DNA of 25,395 nt from Amoebophrya sp. A120. Lineage: Eukaryota > Protista > Dinoflagellata. Numbering within the stretch: position 1 is the first letter of the stretch; every line of letters begins with the position of its first letter. The notes beneath the pieces were generated by a model. The model searched no databases, was not told where the DNA came from, and was given only the letters and a program-made list of their open reading frames with translations. The translations under genes and the position numbers were made by a program. Location of the stretch: NCBI GenBank assembly GCA_905178155.1, contig CAJINV010000044.1, positions 21,502 to 46,896 of the forward strand, written 5' to 3'. Positions 10,422 to 20,061 of this stretch are shown piece by piece.

Positions 10422-11006
10422 GCTCGCCAAACAAAAAGCCGGCACGCAGCAAAGCCGGCAGCCGTTCCGCAAACGTGCGCCAAAAAAGACAAGACCAAGC
10501 CCAAGACGTTCAAGAACCGGACGGGCGGGCTCCTCGTGGTATCGAACGAAAAGACGGGCGCCATTGTCGCCGTGGAGGAGCTACTGGCAGCCGAAACGAC
10601 ACAGCAGAAGGCGGCCTGGGTGGTTTCCCATGTGGAAAAGCATGGCGCGCAGTTGAAGACCGTGCTCCATGACGACGCCTGCCATCTGGCGCCGTTCATC
10701 GAGAAACACCACCCCGGGAAAGTCCCCTCCGTCAAATTCCTGATCGACAAATGGCACACCCGAAACCACAAGTGCGGCGACAAGTACAAAATCAAGGGGG
10801 TGAACAAGCGGCGCTGTATGGAGAAGGGCATCCGCAACACGTCAGTGGCGGAGCAGGCGAGCAGCTGGCTAAGCGGCTACCGCAAATCCCTGACGAACAT
10901 GAAGGGGAAGAGTTTCAACTTTGTGCTGCGGTCCCTGGTGCGGAGGTTCAACGGGCTCAAAACGAAGGACCGCCAGGGGCTTTTCCGCCCGGTTGGGAAG
11001 AAATGA
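10422..11006 (+). CDS. Exon 4: KDZ (Kyakuja-Dileera-Zisupton) transposase catalytic core
   Basis: RTGGLLVV..TGAIVAVEEL..AET, VLHDDACHL (10671), FLIDKWHTRNHKC (10746) and NTSVAEQASSWL..YRKSLTNM..FNFVL (Glu codon 10851) match the KDZ YDxxC / DxFHxxxH / NTxxxEQxxxW signature. Confidence 0.85.
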   Translation, partial: ARQTKSRHAAKPAAVPQTCAKKDKTKPKTFKNRTGGLLVVSNEKTGAIVAVEELLAAETTQQKAAWVVSHVEKHGAQLKTVLHDDACHLAPFIEKHHPGKVPSVKFLIDKWHTRNHKCGDKYKIKGVNKRRCMEKGIRNTSVAEQASSWLSGYRKSLTNMKGKSFNFVLRSLVRRFNGLKTKDRQGLFRPVGKK

Positions 11007-11589
11007 GCGCGCGGCGGGGGCGGTCGATGACTAAAGCGGCGGGCAGGCAAGCCTGCTCCGCCGCGGCCTTTCTGAGTACTTGCAAACACGGAACCACTAC
11101 CCGCGGCGATGAGCGACTCGCGCCGGCCGGGTGGCTCTATGTGAGTGCGCCTCTCTGCTATGAAGGCCCGTGAGTGAGCTATGTGCAACAGTGGCAAGCG
11201 GGCTTTCCTGCTTCCACGCCTGCACTTCTTTTCTGAATACTTACACAGGTGGGCACTTGTGGCGTGGACGTATCTACGCCATGCAGGTGGTCCTGTGTGC
11301 TATGCCTGAAGGCCTCCGAACTTTGACAACCGAGGATAATGAGACCTGACAACCGCGGCGATGCGCGAACCGCGCCAAGCAGGTAGATCCTTTGTAGAGC
11401 ACGCCCAAGAGTAAGACGCTGGGGCGCCTCGTTGCGCACCGGCGCCCCCAAGCGCGTGGGACGCGGGCCCGAGTGCCTCAGCGCCTTCGTTTTTTGTTTT
11501 GTGTTCTGTGCCGAGTCGCTGGGTCGGCGGGCCGGTGGCGCCCCCTTGCCTGACCAGCATACATATAAACACACACGGAACCCGTCGCA

Positions 11590-11727
11590 GTCTGTCGCTC
11601 GCTTCAGAGGGTCCGCCTCGGTCTGCCGCTCGCTACAGAAGACTGACCAGCCTCGGTCTGCAGTTCGCTACAAAGGATCAGCCTCGGTCTGCCGTTCGCT
11701 TCAGAGGATCGCCCTCGGTCTGTCGTT
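11590..11727. repeat. 31-bp tandem repeat, about 4 copies
   Basis: GTCTG(C/T)CG(C/T)TCGCT(A/T)CAGAGGATC.GCCTCG repeated; one unit is 35 bp. Confidence 0.85.
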
Positions 11728-12624
11728 TGTATCGGCCCTGTCTGCTTGCCCGTTGTTTCTTCGTTCGCGTCTTGTATTTCTTGTCTACGTGATTCAGAAA
11801 GTTATTTTGAATCTTTGAGATCAGATCGCTCTCGCTCCAAGAAGTTGTTTTTACCGAAGCTCGAGATCTTCGCTCCTGGCTACTCGACCGACTTCAGACC
11901 AGACAAGAGCAGCACAAAGAGATCGCACCTGGAGCGATAGTGCGCCTCGCTGGATGAGAAAAAAAAAAAAAGAGAAAAAAAAAAGGAAAAGATCGCAAAA
12001 CAAAAGTTAAAAAAAAAAAAGACGAAAGCTTACGCCAAGAGACGTAAAGCAGCGACATTCAGACTAGCTAGGATGGTTGACCGCAGCAAAGTGTGAAAAG
12101 CTTCGCGCTGATCACGGCGCTCGGTGGCGATTTATGTGTCCGCTTCTTTGCCTCGCGCGGAAGAAGTGGCTGGGCATTAGCTTGGGGTGTGTTTTCCTCT
12201 TCGACGCCGAGGGAAGATGGCTTTTGGCAGAGCTTAGCCTTTTGCCCTTGACCCTCGATGGTTTGATTGGTGGCTAGGGATTGCTCCTAATCTCTTGAAC
12301 ACTAAGGGCGGACAGGTGGTAGCCCTGGTGGACACTAAACGATTGCTCGCGCGCAGCTAAAACGGGCCGCGTTCGGACGTGGGTGATGCGGCTGGCGACC
12401 GACCCAGTGCAGGCAATTTACCTAGAGGAAAACACACAGCACGTGATCAGTTCCTGGCTCGCCAGATAGTTAGAAGACTATCGAAGAAGCTTGTGCTCGC
12501 CTTGTATTTCTTGTCTAGCAGACACAACACGAAGCAGAAACATGCCACCTACAGGCGGCAGAGGCAGAATCCTGTAAAACGCGCGCGCGCGCGTCAAACA
12601 AAACACACGGCCCCGGTCATTTCC

Positions 12625-12850
12625 GAAGTCGGCGAAGCTGGTGAAGCTGATGAATTTGCTAAATTTCAGAAATCCGAGAAAGCTGGCGAAGCTGGTGAAG
12701 CTGATGAATTTGCCAAATTTCGCAAATCCGAGAAAGTTGACGAAGCTGGTGAAGCTGATGAATTTGCCAAATTTCGCAAATCCGAGAAAGTTGGCGAAGC
12801 TGGTGAAGCTGGTGAAGCTGATGAATTTGGCAAATCCGGGAAAACTTGCA
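12625..12850. repeat. Right subterminal 54-bp tandem array (about 4 copies), reverse complement of the 1-290 array
   Basis: GAAGCTGGTGAAGCTG at 12634, 12688, 12742 and 12796. Bracketed by GTAAAAC(GC)n at 12574-12593 and 12872-12889. Confidence 0.95.
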
Positions 12851-14261
12851 AAAAAACCCAAGCCGAAGCCGGTAAAACGCGCGCGCGCGTGCGCGGTAGA
12901 TCCTGCCCGACTCCCAGCAATTTTCTCTGGTTGTTTCTTTTTTTTTTGCTCTTTTGCTTTTCAAAAAAAAAAAGTCAACTTTTCAAGTTGAATCAGGTCG
13001 GTTTAGAACAAAAGTCGCAAAATTTCACTTTTTCCCGCATGCTATGACCAACCCCACCGGCCGGGTCACTCTCTATTTTTTTCCTCATACAACCGTACCT
13101 CCGGGTGTTGTGCTGTTGCCTTTTCTCCTCCTCCTCCGCGTGAGGTCACGCTGCTGTCCCCTTCCAGTATCCCGCGAAAAAGCGTCCCCACCTCGTAGTT
13201 GTCATGCAAATCTGCATGCGTAAAATGTTTCTCATGCGGAGCCCCATGCGAGTCATTTTCTAGTCGTTTTTTGGAATTTGTGACGCTTCGATCGGCAAAG
13301 ACGTATAATTTTCCAAAACCTCCTCTGGAACTAGAACCAACAACTTGTACTCGCCCCGTTAAAAATAGCCGTTAAGGTCGTGGTCTGGAGTGGTGCTCGT
13401 GATCTGCATGATACTTTTTCCGCCGAAGTGCCTCCTTCTGGGAGTAACACTACTTACTCTGGTGAGAAGAATGGGTCCAACGAATCCAACTCGACCACTG
13501 TGGAGGTGCATCTTCAGGTACCTGTATACGTAAGTACTGCTTCACCAGCGTAAACCTCCGACTGATAATTTTTTTTCTGTCGTCGCGGCCTACAATTTCC
13601 GGAAGCCAATATCTAGAAGTCCTGCGCTGATAAGTAGATACTAGTACTGTTGCGTATAAAATCACAACCTTTCGTCAACTTCCGAGTGCATTTTTGCAGA
13701 AGCGGGCAAACCCTTGATCTAGTCCTCGTTGTGCAATATATGTGCAAGAAAAAGCCGTCTGTCTATAAATTTGTTGCGAGACAAATGAGAGAAAAGTGGG
13801 ACATGTCTAAAACAGTCATGATGTTTTTAGAGGTTGCGTTTATTTCGTTCTATGAAATTATATCGTTCGTCCGATCTTCTCTATGCGTGCATTAAGAATC
13901 ATAAAAACTGCGGTTCTTGAAGATCTCTCTTTGCGATTGCGCAGACTACTTCTCTATAACTCTTCTATTCCTGCTTGCGTATCAACAAATTGCAGAGATA
14001 ATTCCATAGATGTTGTGTCGCTGATGTTTCGTTTGTATTCCTAATTGTAACATCTCCATGAACTACCCCTTTCCTGGTGGACCCGCAGGAGCTGGGGCAT
14101 CTTCAAAACGAAAGTTTTATGACTTATGCTCTTTACACAATTTGAAAAGTACAGCAGGTGCGTCTGACTCTACTGAAAAAGAGCTGCTAAAAGAACCCGT
14201 GTAGAGGATGCACTTCTTCATCCGTAGAATCCTCGTCCGCCTCTTTGTATCGTACGAAAAA

Positions 14262-14445
14262 AGTGTTTCACTGTAGGAATTTTGCAAGTTTTGCATCACA
14301 AGTTTGTTCCACATGAGAGAGAAAATTTGCCATGCGAGATTCCCAAGGGAAAACACAGCTAGAAATCAAAAGCCTTGGGTGTGTAGCAAGACAAATAGGG
14401 TTGTGTTTCATTCACGACTGCATCACAAGTTCACAGTGAAACACT
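14262..14445. mobile_element. Introner/MITE-like element family A, copy 1
   Basis: Perfect 13-bp IR AGTGTTTCACTGT / ACAGTGAAACACT. The body is colinear with 16533-16706. Confidence 0.8.
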
Positions 14446-14773
14446 ACTTTTTCCTTGCATATACTGCTGCCCGAGTCTACTCTTTCCACCTCGCCCCAAA
14501 GGTATAACTTGGCGAAGGGAAAGAAGTGCAGTATTCTCATTGACGCAAACTTGTCATGCAGTGTCACTGCGAGCCGGAACTACTTCTTGTCTCGTCGGAA
14601 TAAATACAACACGGTGAGTGGACTGACTTGTCATACTTATATATGAAGTGAGTCGAACAAAATGTGTCAACATCTACTTACTTAATAACGGTCGTGAAAC
14701 CTCCACTGCACTTTTTTCCCCTTTGGATAACAGAAAATGTCCCGGCTGGCCCTGGATCAGTCTCGCTATGCAC

Positions 14774-14909
14774 TGCAAAACTATCGCACTCGTAGTATTG
14801 CAATAGAAATTAGCTCAGCATCGCAAATGGAATTTGTCATGCTGATTTATCTTAACATGTAGATTTGTAAATGCATAATTGCGATTACTACGAGTACGAT
14901 ACTTTTGCA
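14774..14909. mobile_element. Introner-like element family B, copy 1 (136 bp)
   Basis: 24-bp IR with 2 mismatches: TGCAAAACTATCGCACTCGTAGTA / TACTACGAGTACGATACTTTTGCA. TGCA at both ends. Confidence 0.8.
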
Positions 14910-17900
14910 CAGGATACTCGCGTGAGGCGTACTATTTCCGCCCGCGCTCGGAGAGGAGGTCGTGTTAATGTCTTGATCCATCTCCGCTTCATCCCCTTTC
15001 GCATCTGGCAAATAAAGCGAGGACTTTCTTTGCTCGTCGTGGTGGTCCTCCCATGGTTCCGCACACAGTAGTTTTTCCACGGCGAGGACTCGGGTGTACT
15101 TCTCGGATGTTGTATCATCGTCCTGCCGCAAAAGAGCTCGTCCGCTAAACCCTGGACTACTACAAGACGAGAGCTGCATGCAGTGGTCCACGCAAGCAGA
15201 CCCAGGAGCACTGTCAGGCGGCGGATATCAAAATGAAAAATCCCCCCTCCCCATATCAAAACGGAAATCTTCTGTGATGCTGATTTGTGGCCGCAAAGGC
15301 AAATCAGCTTTGTCATGCTAGAAGGGAAATAAAGCATGCGGACTGTAGTTCTGGGCGACGTGGGAACAAGACCTTGCATCTTCAGCATGACAGGAGGCAG
15401 CTGGAAGTGGGAAACTGCATGACAAATTGCCTGCAAACGAGGCCACAACTGCGGCTCTTGGCCTTCTAGCAAAGCGATTTGTGTACTCAAATACAGCATC
15501 ACAAATTTCGTTTTCGGGAGGGGGGATTTTTCCTTTTGATAGCGGAGACGGGGAAAGCATTCGTGCCGCCCGGCCAGTTGCAAGAACATCATGATCCGGA
15601 TGTTGAGCAGCAGAAGAATTATCTGGTGGTGCACACGCCCAGAGGACATCATGATCTACGTCTTCTCCCGTGGTAGTATAGCAAAAATTCTCCTCCTCCC
15701 GGCTGGTAGCGCCGGCAGTAGTTTCGGTGGATTGCTGACGGGAAAAATCGCAAAGTTGTGCCAGCTGTTGTGCCTGTTTGACCCCCTCCACGGTGCGGCC
15801 CTGCTGTAGCGATCGTGCTAGGACGCTGTGCTGGTCCTCGTGCTTCTTCATCATTTGTAAGCACTGGCGCAAATAAAACGGCGAGCAGTTCTTGTTTTCA
15901 TCGTGCTGCACTGATGCACGCACGACCGGCGCAGGAGCTTCGAGCTTGTCGGCTTCATCATTTTTTGGCTTCACGGCCGACGACCCTGCTGTACCAATCA
16001 TTTCTAGCTTCAGCTGCTGTAAATTCTCGGTGATGTCCGCTAATCGGTCCTCCCGAAACTCCTTTTTCAGCCTCCGCCGCACTTTCTTCATCTTCGCAAC
16101 CCAAGATTTCGACAGCTCGAGATGTTATCCCAGCATGTGCAAAGCGGTATCGTAGTCGTTGTATCAATTGCACGCATGCATGACAAATCTTCTTACCAAT
16201 CAGCGAAATCAGCATTGCAAGTTCAACCTTTGATGCGGAGAAAATCAAAATTTGTCGTGCAATTCACTTACAAGTACGATACTTTTGATGCAATGCATAG
16301 GTTCAACGCTGCGCTGGTGCACGGAGACACAGAGGAGGCACTAGTCCCTCCGCTGCTGCTGTTATTTTTCCTATTAAGAACCCAGGCCACCAAATCCGCG
16401 ATATTTTCATCGGTCGCGGTGCTGGGACGGCTCGGACCCGGTTCGAGACCTTGTGACAGGACAGAAGTTTTTTTATCAGCACAAGAAACAAACCCGTTTT
16501 TCGTACTGCACACGGCCGCATTATCGTAGTGCTTCACTGTACGGATTTTGCAAGTTCTGCATCACAAGTTTGTTCTACATAACAGAGAGAATTTGCCATG
16601 CGAGATTCCTAAGGGAAAACACAGCTAAAAATCCATTGCCTTGCATGTGTAGCAAGAAAAATACTTCTCAGAAGATGCATTTTCTGCATTACAAGTTTAC
16701 AGTGAAACAATTTTTTCTTGCGATACGCATCAAGGGAGAGCGGCAGGTCGAAGCAGCCGTGGGCGGCGAAATGTTCTTCTTGCAGGTAGTTTTGTTGAAC
16801 TACCCCAGTGCCGCGAGATGAACCACTTCTTCTCCTCTCTACGTATGTATGCATTGCAAAAGTATCTTACTAGTAGGAATTGCATTACAAATTTTCTCAG
16901 AAACAAACATGGAATTCGTTATGCTGATTCAGCTACTAAAGTAGATTTGTCATGCGAGGCTGCAACTACTACGGGTACGATAGTTTTGCAGTGCATAGTA
17001 TGCGGGCTCGCCCGATTGCAGCGAAACGGGGTGATTCATTTTGTAGTGCTGCATGGACCGCCAGATGGGGAGGAAGGGCACGCCCACAGACTTGACTTTT
17101 CGTTGCTTGGTCGCGTATCACAAATGGAATAGTTACCGATCTGGTGTTCTGGAAAATGATTTTTGCCAGACTTCTGTCATGCAGGTTTATTTTCATGTTG
17201 GCCCATGATGTCTGGCATAGCATGACAGATTCATCCGGGACTCGAGATCTTTCTCTTCATCATGCCTCTTTTGCATGAGAATCTGCCTCGCAACTTTGCA
17301 AAAGGCGGGACGACTTTGTTTCACGCAACACGAATCACGCAACACAAATCTTTGTACGAAGCAGGCTAACCACGACACGTTGCAGTGTTCCAGAGAGGAC
17401 AAGTCGAGATGGATTATATGTGCAATGCATATTGCGTTCACCTGGTCTTTTTCCCTCCTCTGCTCCGTTGTGAAGCCTTTAAAGTTCTCCTCGTGGCAGT
17501 CTTTTGCAGCAAGAACTCTCAGACGTAGCTCCTCCGCGTCGACGTCCTCTGCTGTGTTGATGTCACTAGTAGTATCCTGCGCAGCTAGTACTTCGGCACC
17601 GTCGGTTTCCTGTGCAGGTTGCGGCCGGGCTTTTCCTTTTTTACACGTAGTAGTACAACTAGCTCCCGCACATGCACTGGCAGTAGTAGACATCAGCACC
17701 TGTTCTTTCAATTCCCCGTGCAGGCGCAACTCCGCCTGTCGCAGCAGCGCGGCTCGTTCCCTCGCGATTTCCCGACGTAAAAAATGGCTGATAGGACTAT
17801 AGCGCCGTATTTTGCCCCGGGATTTAACTTTTTTGGGCTTTGCGAGAGTTGTGATGGTAGTGTCCGTGTTGTCGTCCTTTGTGTAGGTCTGGTCCAGCAG

Positions 17901-18218
17901 CTCGTCGTCCAGGTGCCCTGGGGTCGGGGGCACAGGATCTTGCAGAAGTGCTGGTCCTCGTCGCCGACGCTCCTGGGGTCCCCCCTGCGTGGACGAAATA
18001 AAACTACTGGATGAAGCTGCTGCTGGGCCTGAGGCTGCAGTAGACGAGCTCAACATACTAGCACTACCGGCTGGTGGAGGACCGGCATGAGGCGGAACAG
18101 CCTCAACATTCTGATCGCGATTTTTCATCGCACGAAAAGCAGTTTTGATCTTCCCCGCGAAACTCCCCCCGATGTTGTAGTTGAAACTGCTCGTTAGTTT
18201 TGCGAGAAAGAAGAACAA
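14910..18218 (-). CDS. Multi-exon host gene of unknown function (low-complexity protein); both ends uncertain
   Basis: ORFs 17193-18218, 16969-17223, 16609-16854, 16268-16537, 15318-16091 and 14847-15191 chain together once the IR-bounded inserts are removed (e.g. RILCTA|MHTYV, SPSP|PPDSAPGSACVDH). One junction needs an extra 1-nt correction near 16126. No family recognised. Confidence 0.6.
15226..15541. mobile_element. 316-bp introner-like element with long imperfect TIRs and 5-bp GCGGA direct repeat
   Basis: TATCAAAATGAAAAATCCCCCCTCCC...GCTAGAAGG mirrors CCTTCTAGC...GGGAGGGGGGATTTTTCCTTTTGATA. GCGGA at 15221-15225 and 15542-15546. Removing 321 nt joins two same-frame minus ORFs. Confidence 0.85.
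16138..16292. mobile_element. Introner-like element family B, diverged copy
   Basis: Right end TACAAGTACGATACTTTTGATGCA resembles the other B copies. TGCAA direct repeat at 16138-16142 and 16289-16293. Confidence 0.65.
16533..16706. mobile_element. Introner/MITE-like element family A, copy 2
   Basis: TTCACTGTA / TACAGTGAA IR. Shares TTTTGCAAGTT.TGCATCACAAGTTTGTT and ATTTGCCATGCGAGATTCC.AAGGGAAAACACAGCTA with copy 1. Confidence 0.8.
16855..16990. mobile_element. Introner-like element family B, copy 3 (136 bp)
   Basis: TGCAAAAGTATCTTACTAGTAG / CTACGGGTACGATAGTTTTGCA IR. Same length and body as 14774-14909. Removal at TGCA gives in-frame ILCTA-MHTYVERR on the minus strand. Confidence 0.8.
17171..17226 (-). 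other. 56-nt GT-AG intron with 10-bp inverted repeat
   Basis: TCTGTCATGC (17173-17182) and GCATGACAGA (17220-17229). Splicing joins ORF 17193-18218 in frame to ORF 16969-17223 (ESRMNL-LAKIIFQ). Confidence 0.6.
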
Positions 18219-18303
18219 AGACCTCGTCCGAAAACACGAACAACAGATGGCGAAACCACGAGGTCCGGGGCGGTGAGAGTGCGGGCGAGGGAACGTCTAC
18301 TAG

Positions 18304-18366
18304 TACAACATGATAATCTGTGAGCAATATTATGCCATAATATTGCTCACAGATTATCATGTTGTA
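18304..18366. repeat. Perfect 63-bp palindrome (31-bp arms, 1-nt centre)
   Basis: TACAACATGATAATCTGTGAGCAATATTATG-C-CATAATATTGCTCACAGATTATCATGTTGTA. Confidence 0.95.
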
Positions 18367-18844
18367 ACTGCAAGAAGAGAGAGATGACGATGAAGATGCC
18401 GCCATCGTCATTGATAACCCTAAGAAGATATGAGAAAAAAAATATGCCGACGCAGGTGATCATGGCAGTCCGGTGCGTTCGGTATCCCCCAAGAAAACGT
18501 ACCATAACTTCCTAGAGCGAGTTTTTCCGGCGACGCTCAAACGCCCAGAGATTTCGAACGTACAAAGCTTCCTATCAAAGCGAAAGACGCGAAAATTGCA
18601 GTCAGTTAATTTACTTGGTGTCTCATTGTCTTGGTGAATGATCTAGCGCCATGTAGATAGATATGGATCTACATTATAGCGGTAGATAAAGGGCCTGCAT
18701 GTGTATAGACTGAGATAAAAACTTTTTTATGTGATAAGCGCTAGCACTAGCACGCTTTGCGTTTGCTCTGGAAAAACACCAATTGCGCACAAGCGCATCC
18801 GCAGCAACCCGAGTAAATGATACACCATGAAGATAAATTAATAG

Positions 18845-19013
18845 ATGACAAGTGGCTTTCTACTTTCATACTTTTTGGAGTGTGTCTACCCTCCGAAGGA
18901 CGTTTGTCTCACCCCCGACGAGCTTGACTTCTTCGGTCAGCCCGGAGTCCGCACAGTAACCGTCACAAATAACACGAGCCAGAAGGTACTAGCATTTTCG
19001 AGATTTTTGGCAT
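18845..19013 (+). CDS. Possible first exon of an MSP/ASH-type Ig-like domain protein, truncated by the gap
   Basis: VCLTPDELDFFGQPGVRTVTVTNNTSQKV resembles the MSP-domain start (l.i.P.EL.F....l.l.N.s...vaF). Possible donor AAG|GTACTA at 18986. The match is short. Confidence 0.4.
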
Positions 19014-19570
19014 NNNNNNNNNNNNNNNNNNNNNNNNNNNNNNNNNNNNNNNNNNNNNNNNNNNNNNNNNNNNNNNNNNNNNNNNNNNNNNNNNNNNNNN
19101 NNNNNNNNNNNNNNNNNNNNNNNNNNNNNNNNNNNNNNNNNNNNNNNNNNNNNNNNNNNNNNNNNNNNNNNNNNNNNNNNNNNNNNNNNNNNNNNNNNNN
19201 NNNNNNNNNNNNNNNNNNNNNNNNNNNNNNNNNNNNNNNNNNNNNNNNNNNNNNNNNNNNNNNNNNNNNNNNNNNNNNNNNNNNNNNNNNNNNNNNNNNN
19301 NNNNNNNNNNNNNNNNNNNNNNNNNNNNNNNNNNNNNNNNNNNNNNNNNNNNNNNNNNNNNNNNNNNNNNNNNNNNNNNNNNNNNNNNNNNNNNNNNNNN
19401 NNNNNNNNNNNNNNNNNNNNNNNNNNNNNNNNNNNNNNNNNNNNNNNNNNNNNNNNNNNNNNNNNNNNNNNNNNNNNNNNNNNNNNNNNNNNNNNNNNNN
19501 NNNNNNNNNNNNNNNNNNNNNNNNNNNNNNNNNNNNNNNNNNNNNNNNNNNNNNNNNNNNNNNNNNNNNN
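19014..19570. other. Assembly gap (557 N)
   Basis: Run of N. Confidence 1.
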
Positions 19571-20061
19571 GCGCAGCCGAGCGAAAGGCTGCGCCTCCCC
19601 TCTTATCTGCCCCGGCCTGGCTTGGGCCTGATTCGGAAACAACGCCCGCCGCATCTTCTGCGCAGCTTCCCAAACCCCTAGCGGTTCAGGACTTGGCGCG
19701 CGCCCAGTAAAATGAGGACAGGCGGCGTAGGCTGGGAAACCCGGAAAAGCCAACTGGAATGGGAGGTCTAGGTAGAATAGGGAGGCGCGCACAGACCACA
19801 GCTGTCCGAGAAGCCAAAGGGGTCGAGAGATCTGGGAGACCTGAGGAGCGAGCAACCCCTGACGAGGTGGCTCGTGCTTCATGGCGCAACCTTTTCAAAT
19901 GTGGACACGGCTGAAGCGGGGAAATATACCTCGGGGCGCATCTTTTCAAATCTGAAAACCAACAGGCGAAAAAGTTGCTGTGCTCTCCTGTGGTTCTTGA
20001 GATTTGAAAAGATGCCCTTTCAGCATTTTTTCAAATCTGAAGCGCGTGGCCTTTGGCCTGC

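Larger units (their letters stand above)
4435..11006 (+). pseudogene. Split polyprotein gene: OTU-like protease, D5-like SF3 helicase, CxC cluster, KDZ transposase; one stop and two frameshifts in the 3' half
   Basis: Segments 4435-5816, 7074-8319, 9381-10306 and 10422-11006 join as ..GASSLA|GEIAPRP.., ..ATSDR|YRFVAYDL.. and ..RGRPKG|SPNKK... TAG at 9861-9863; frameshifts near 9990 and within 10440-10480. Confidence 0.75.
1..13030 (+). mobile_element. Large putative KDZ-type DNA transposon carrying an OTU/D5-helicase/KDZ gene; left end outside window, right end approximate
   Basis: Inverted copies of the same 54-bp tandem array at 1-290 and 12625-12850. Each has an inner GTAAAAC-(GC)n-type motif in mirrored orientation (311-330 vs 12574-12593). 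The enclosed GC-rich gene has KDZ transposase motifs. Sequence style changes to host-like after ~13050. No TSD can be checked because the left terminus is missing. Confidence 0.75.

Noticed and set aside
4435-11006. Polinton/Maverick, virophage or Helitron assignment
   Set aside because: No family B polymerase, capsid, packaging ATPase, retroviral-type integrase, HUH Rep or PIF1 helicase motifs are visible between the inverted arrays.
10422-11006. This KDZ transposase as the mobiliser of the neighbouring introners
   Set aside because: The introner ends do not resemble the element's visible terminal region, and their direct repeats vary from 2 to 6 bp. Proximity alone is not evidence.
12379-13047. 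222-aa ORF and overlapping ORFs
   Set aside because: They are open only because the 54-bp repeat is a multiple of three. The same peptides appear in the inverted left array.
13100-14260. Short ORFs right of the element
   Set aside because: They may be distal exons of the minus-strand host gene, but no motif or junction is well supported.
18845-19882. Long ORFs spanning the gap
   Set aside because: Their length comes from translating N.
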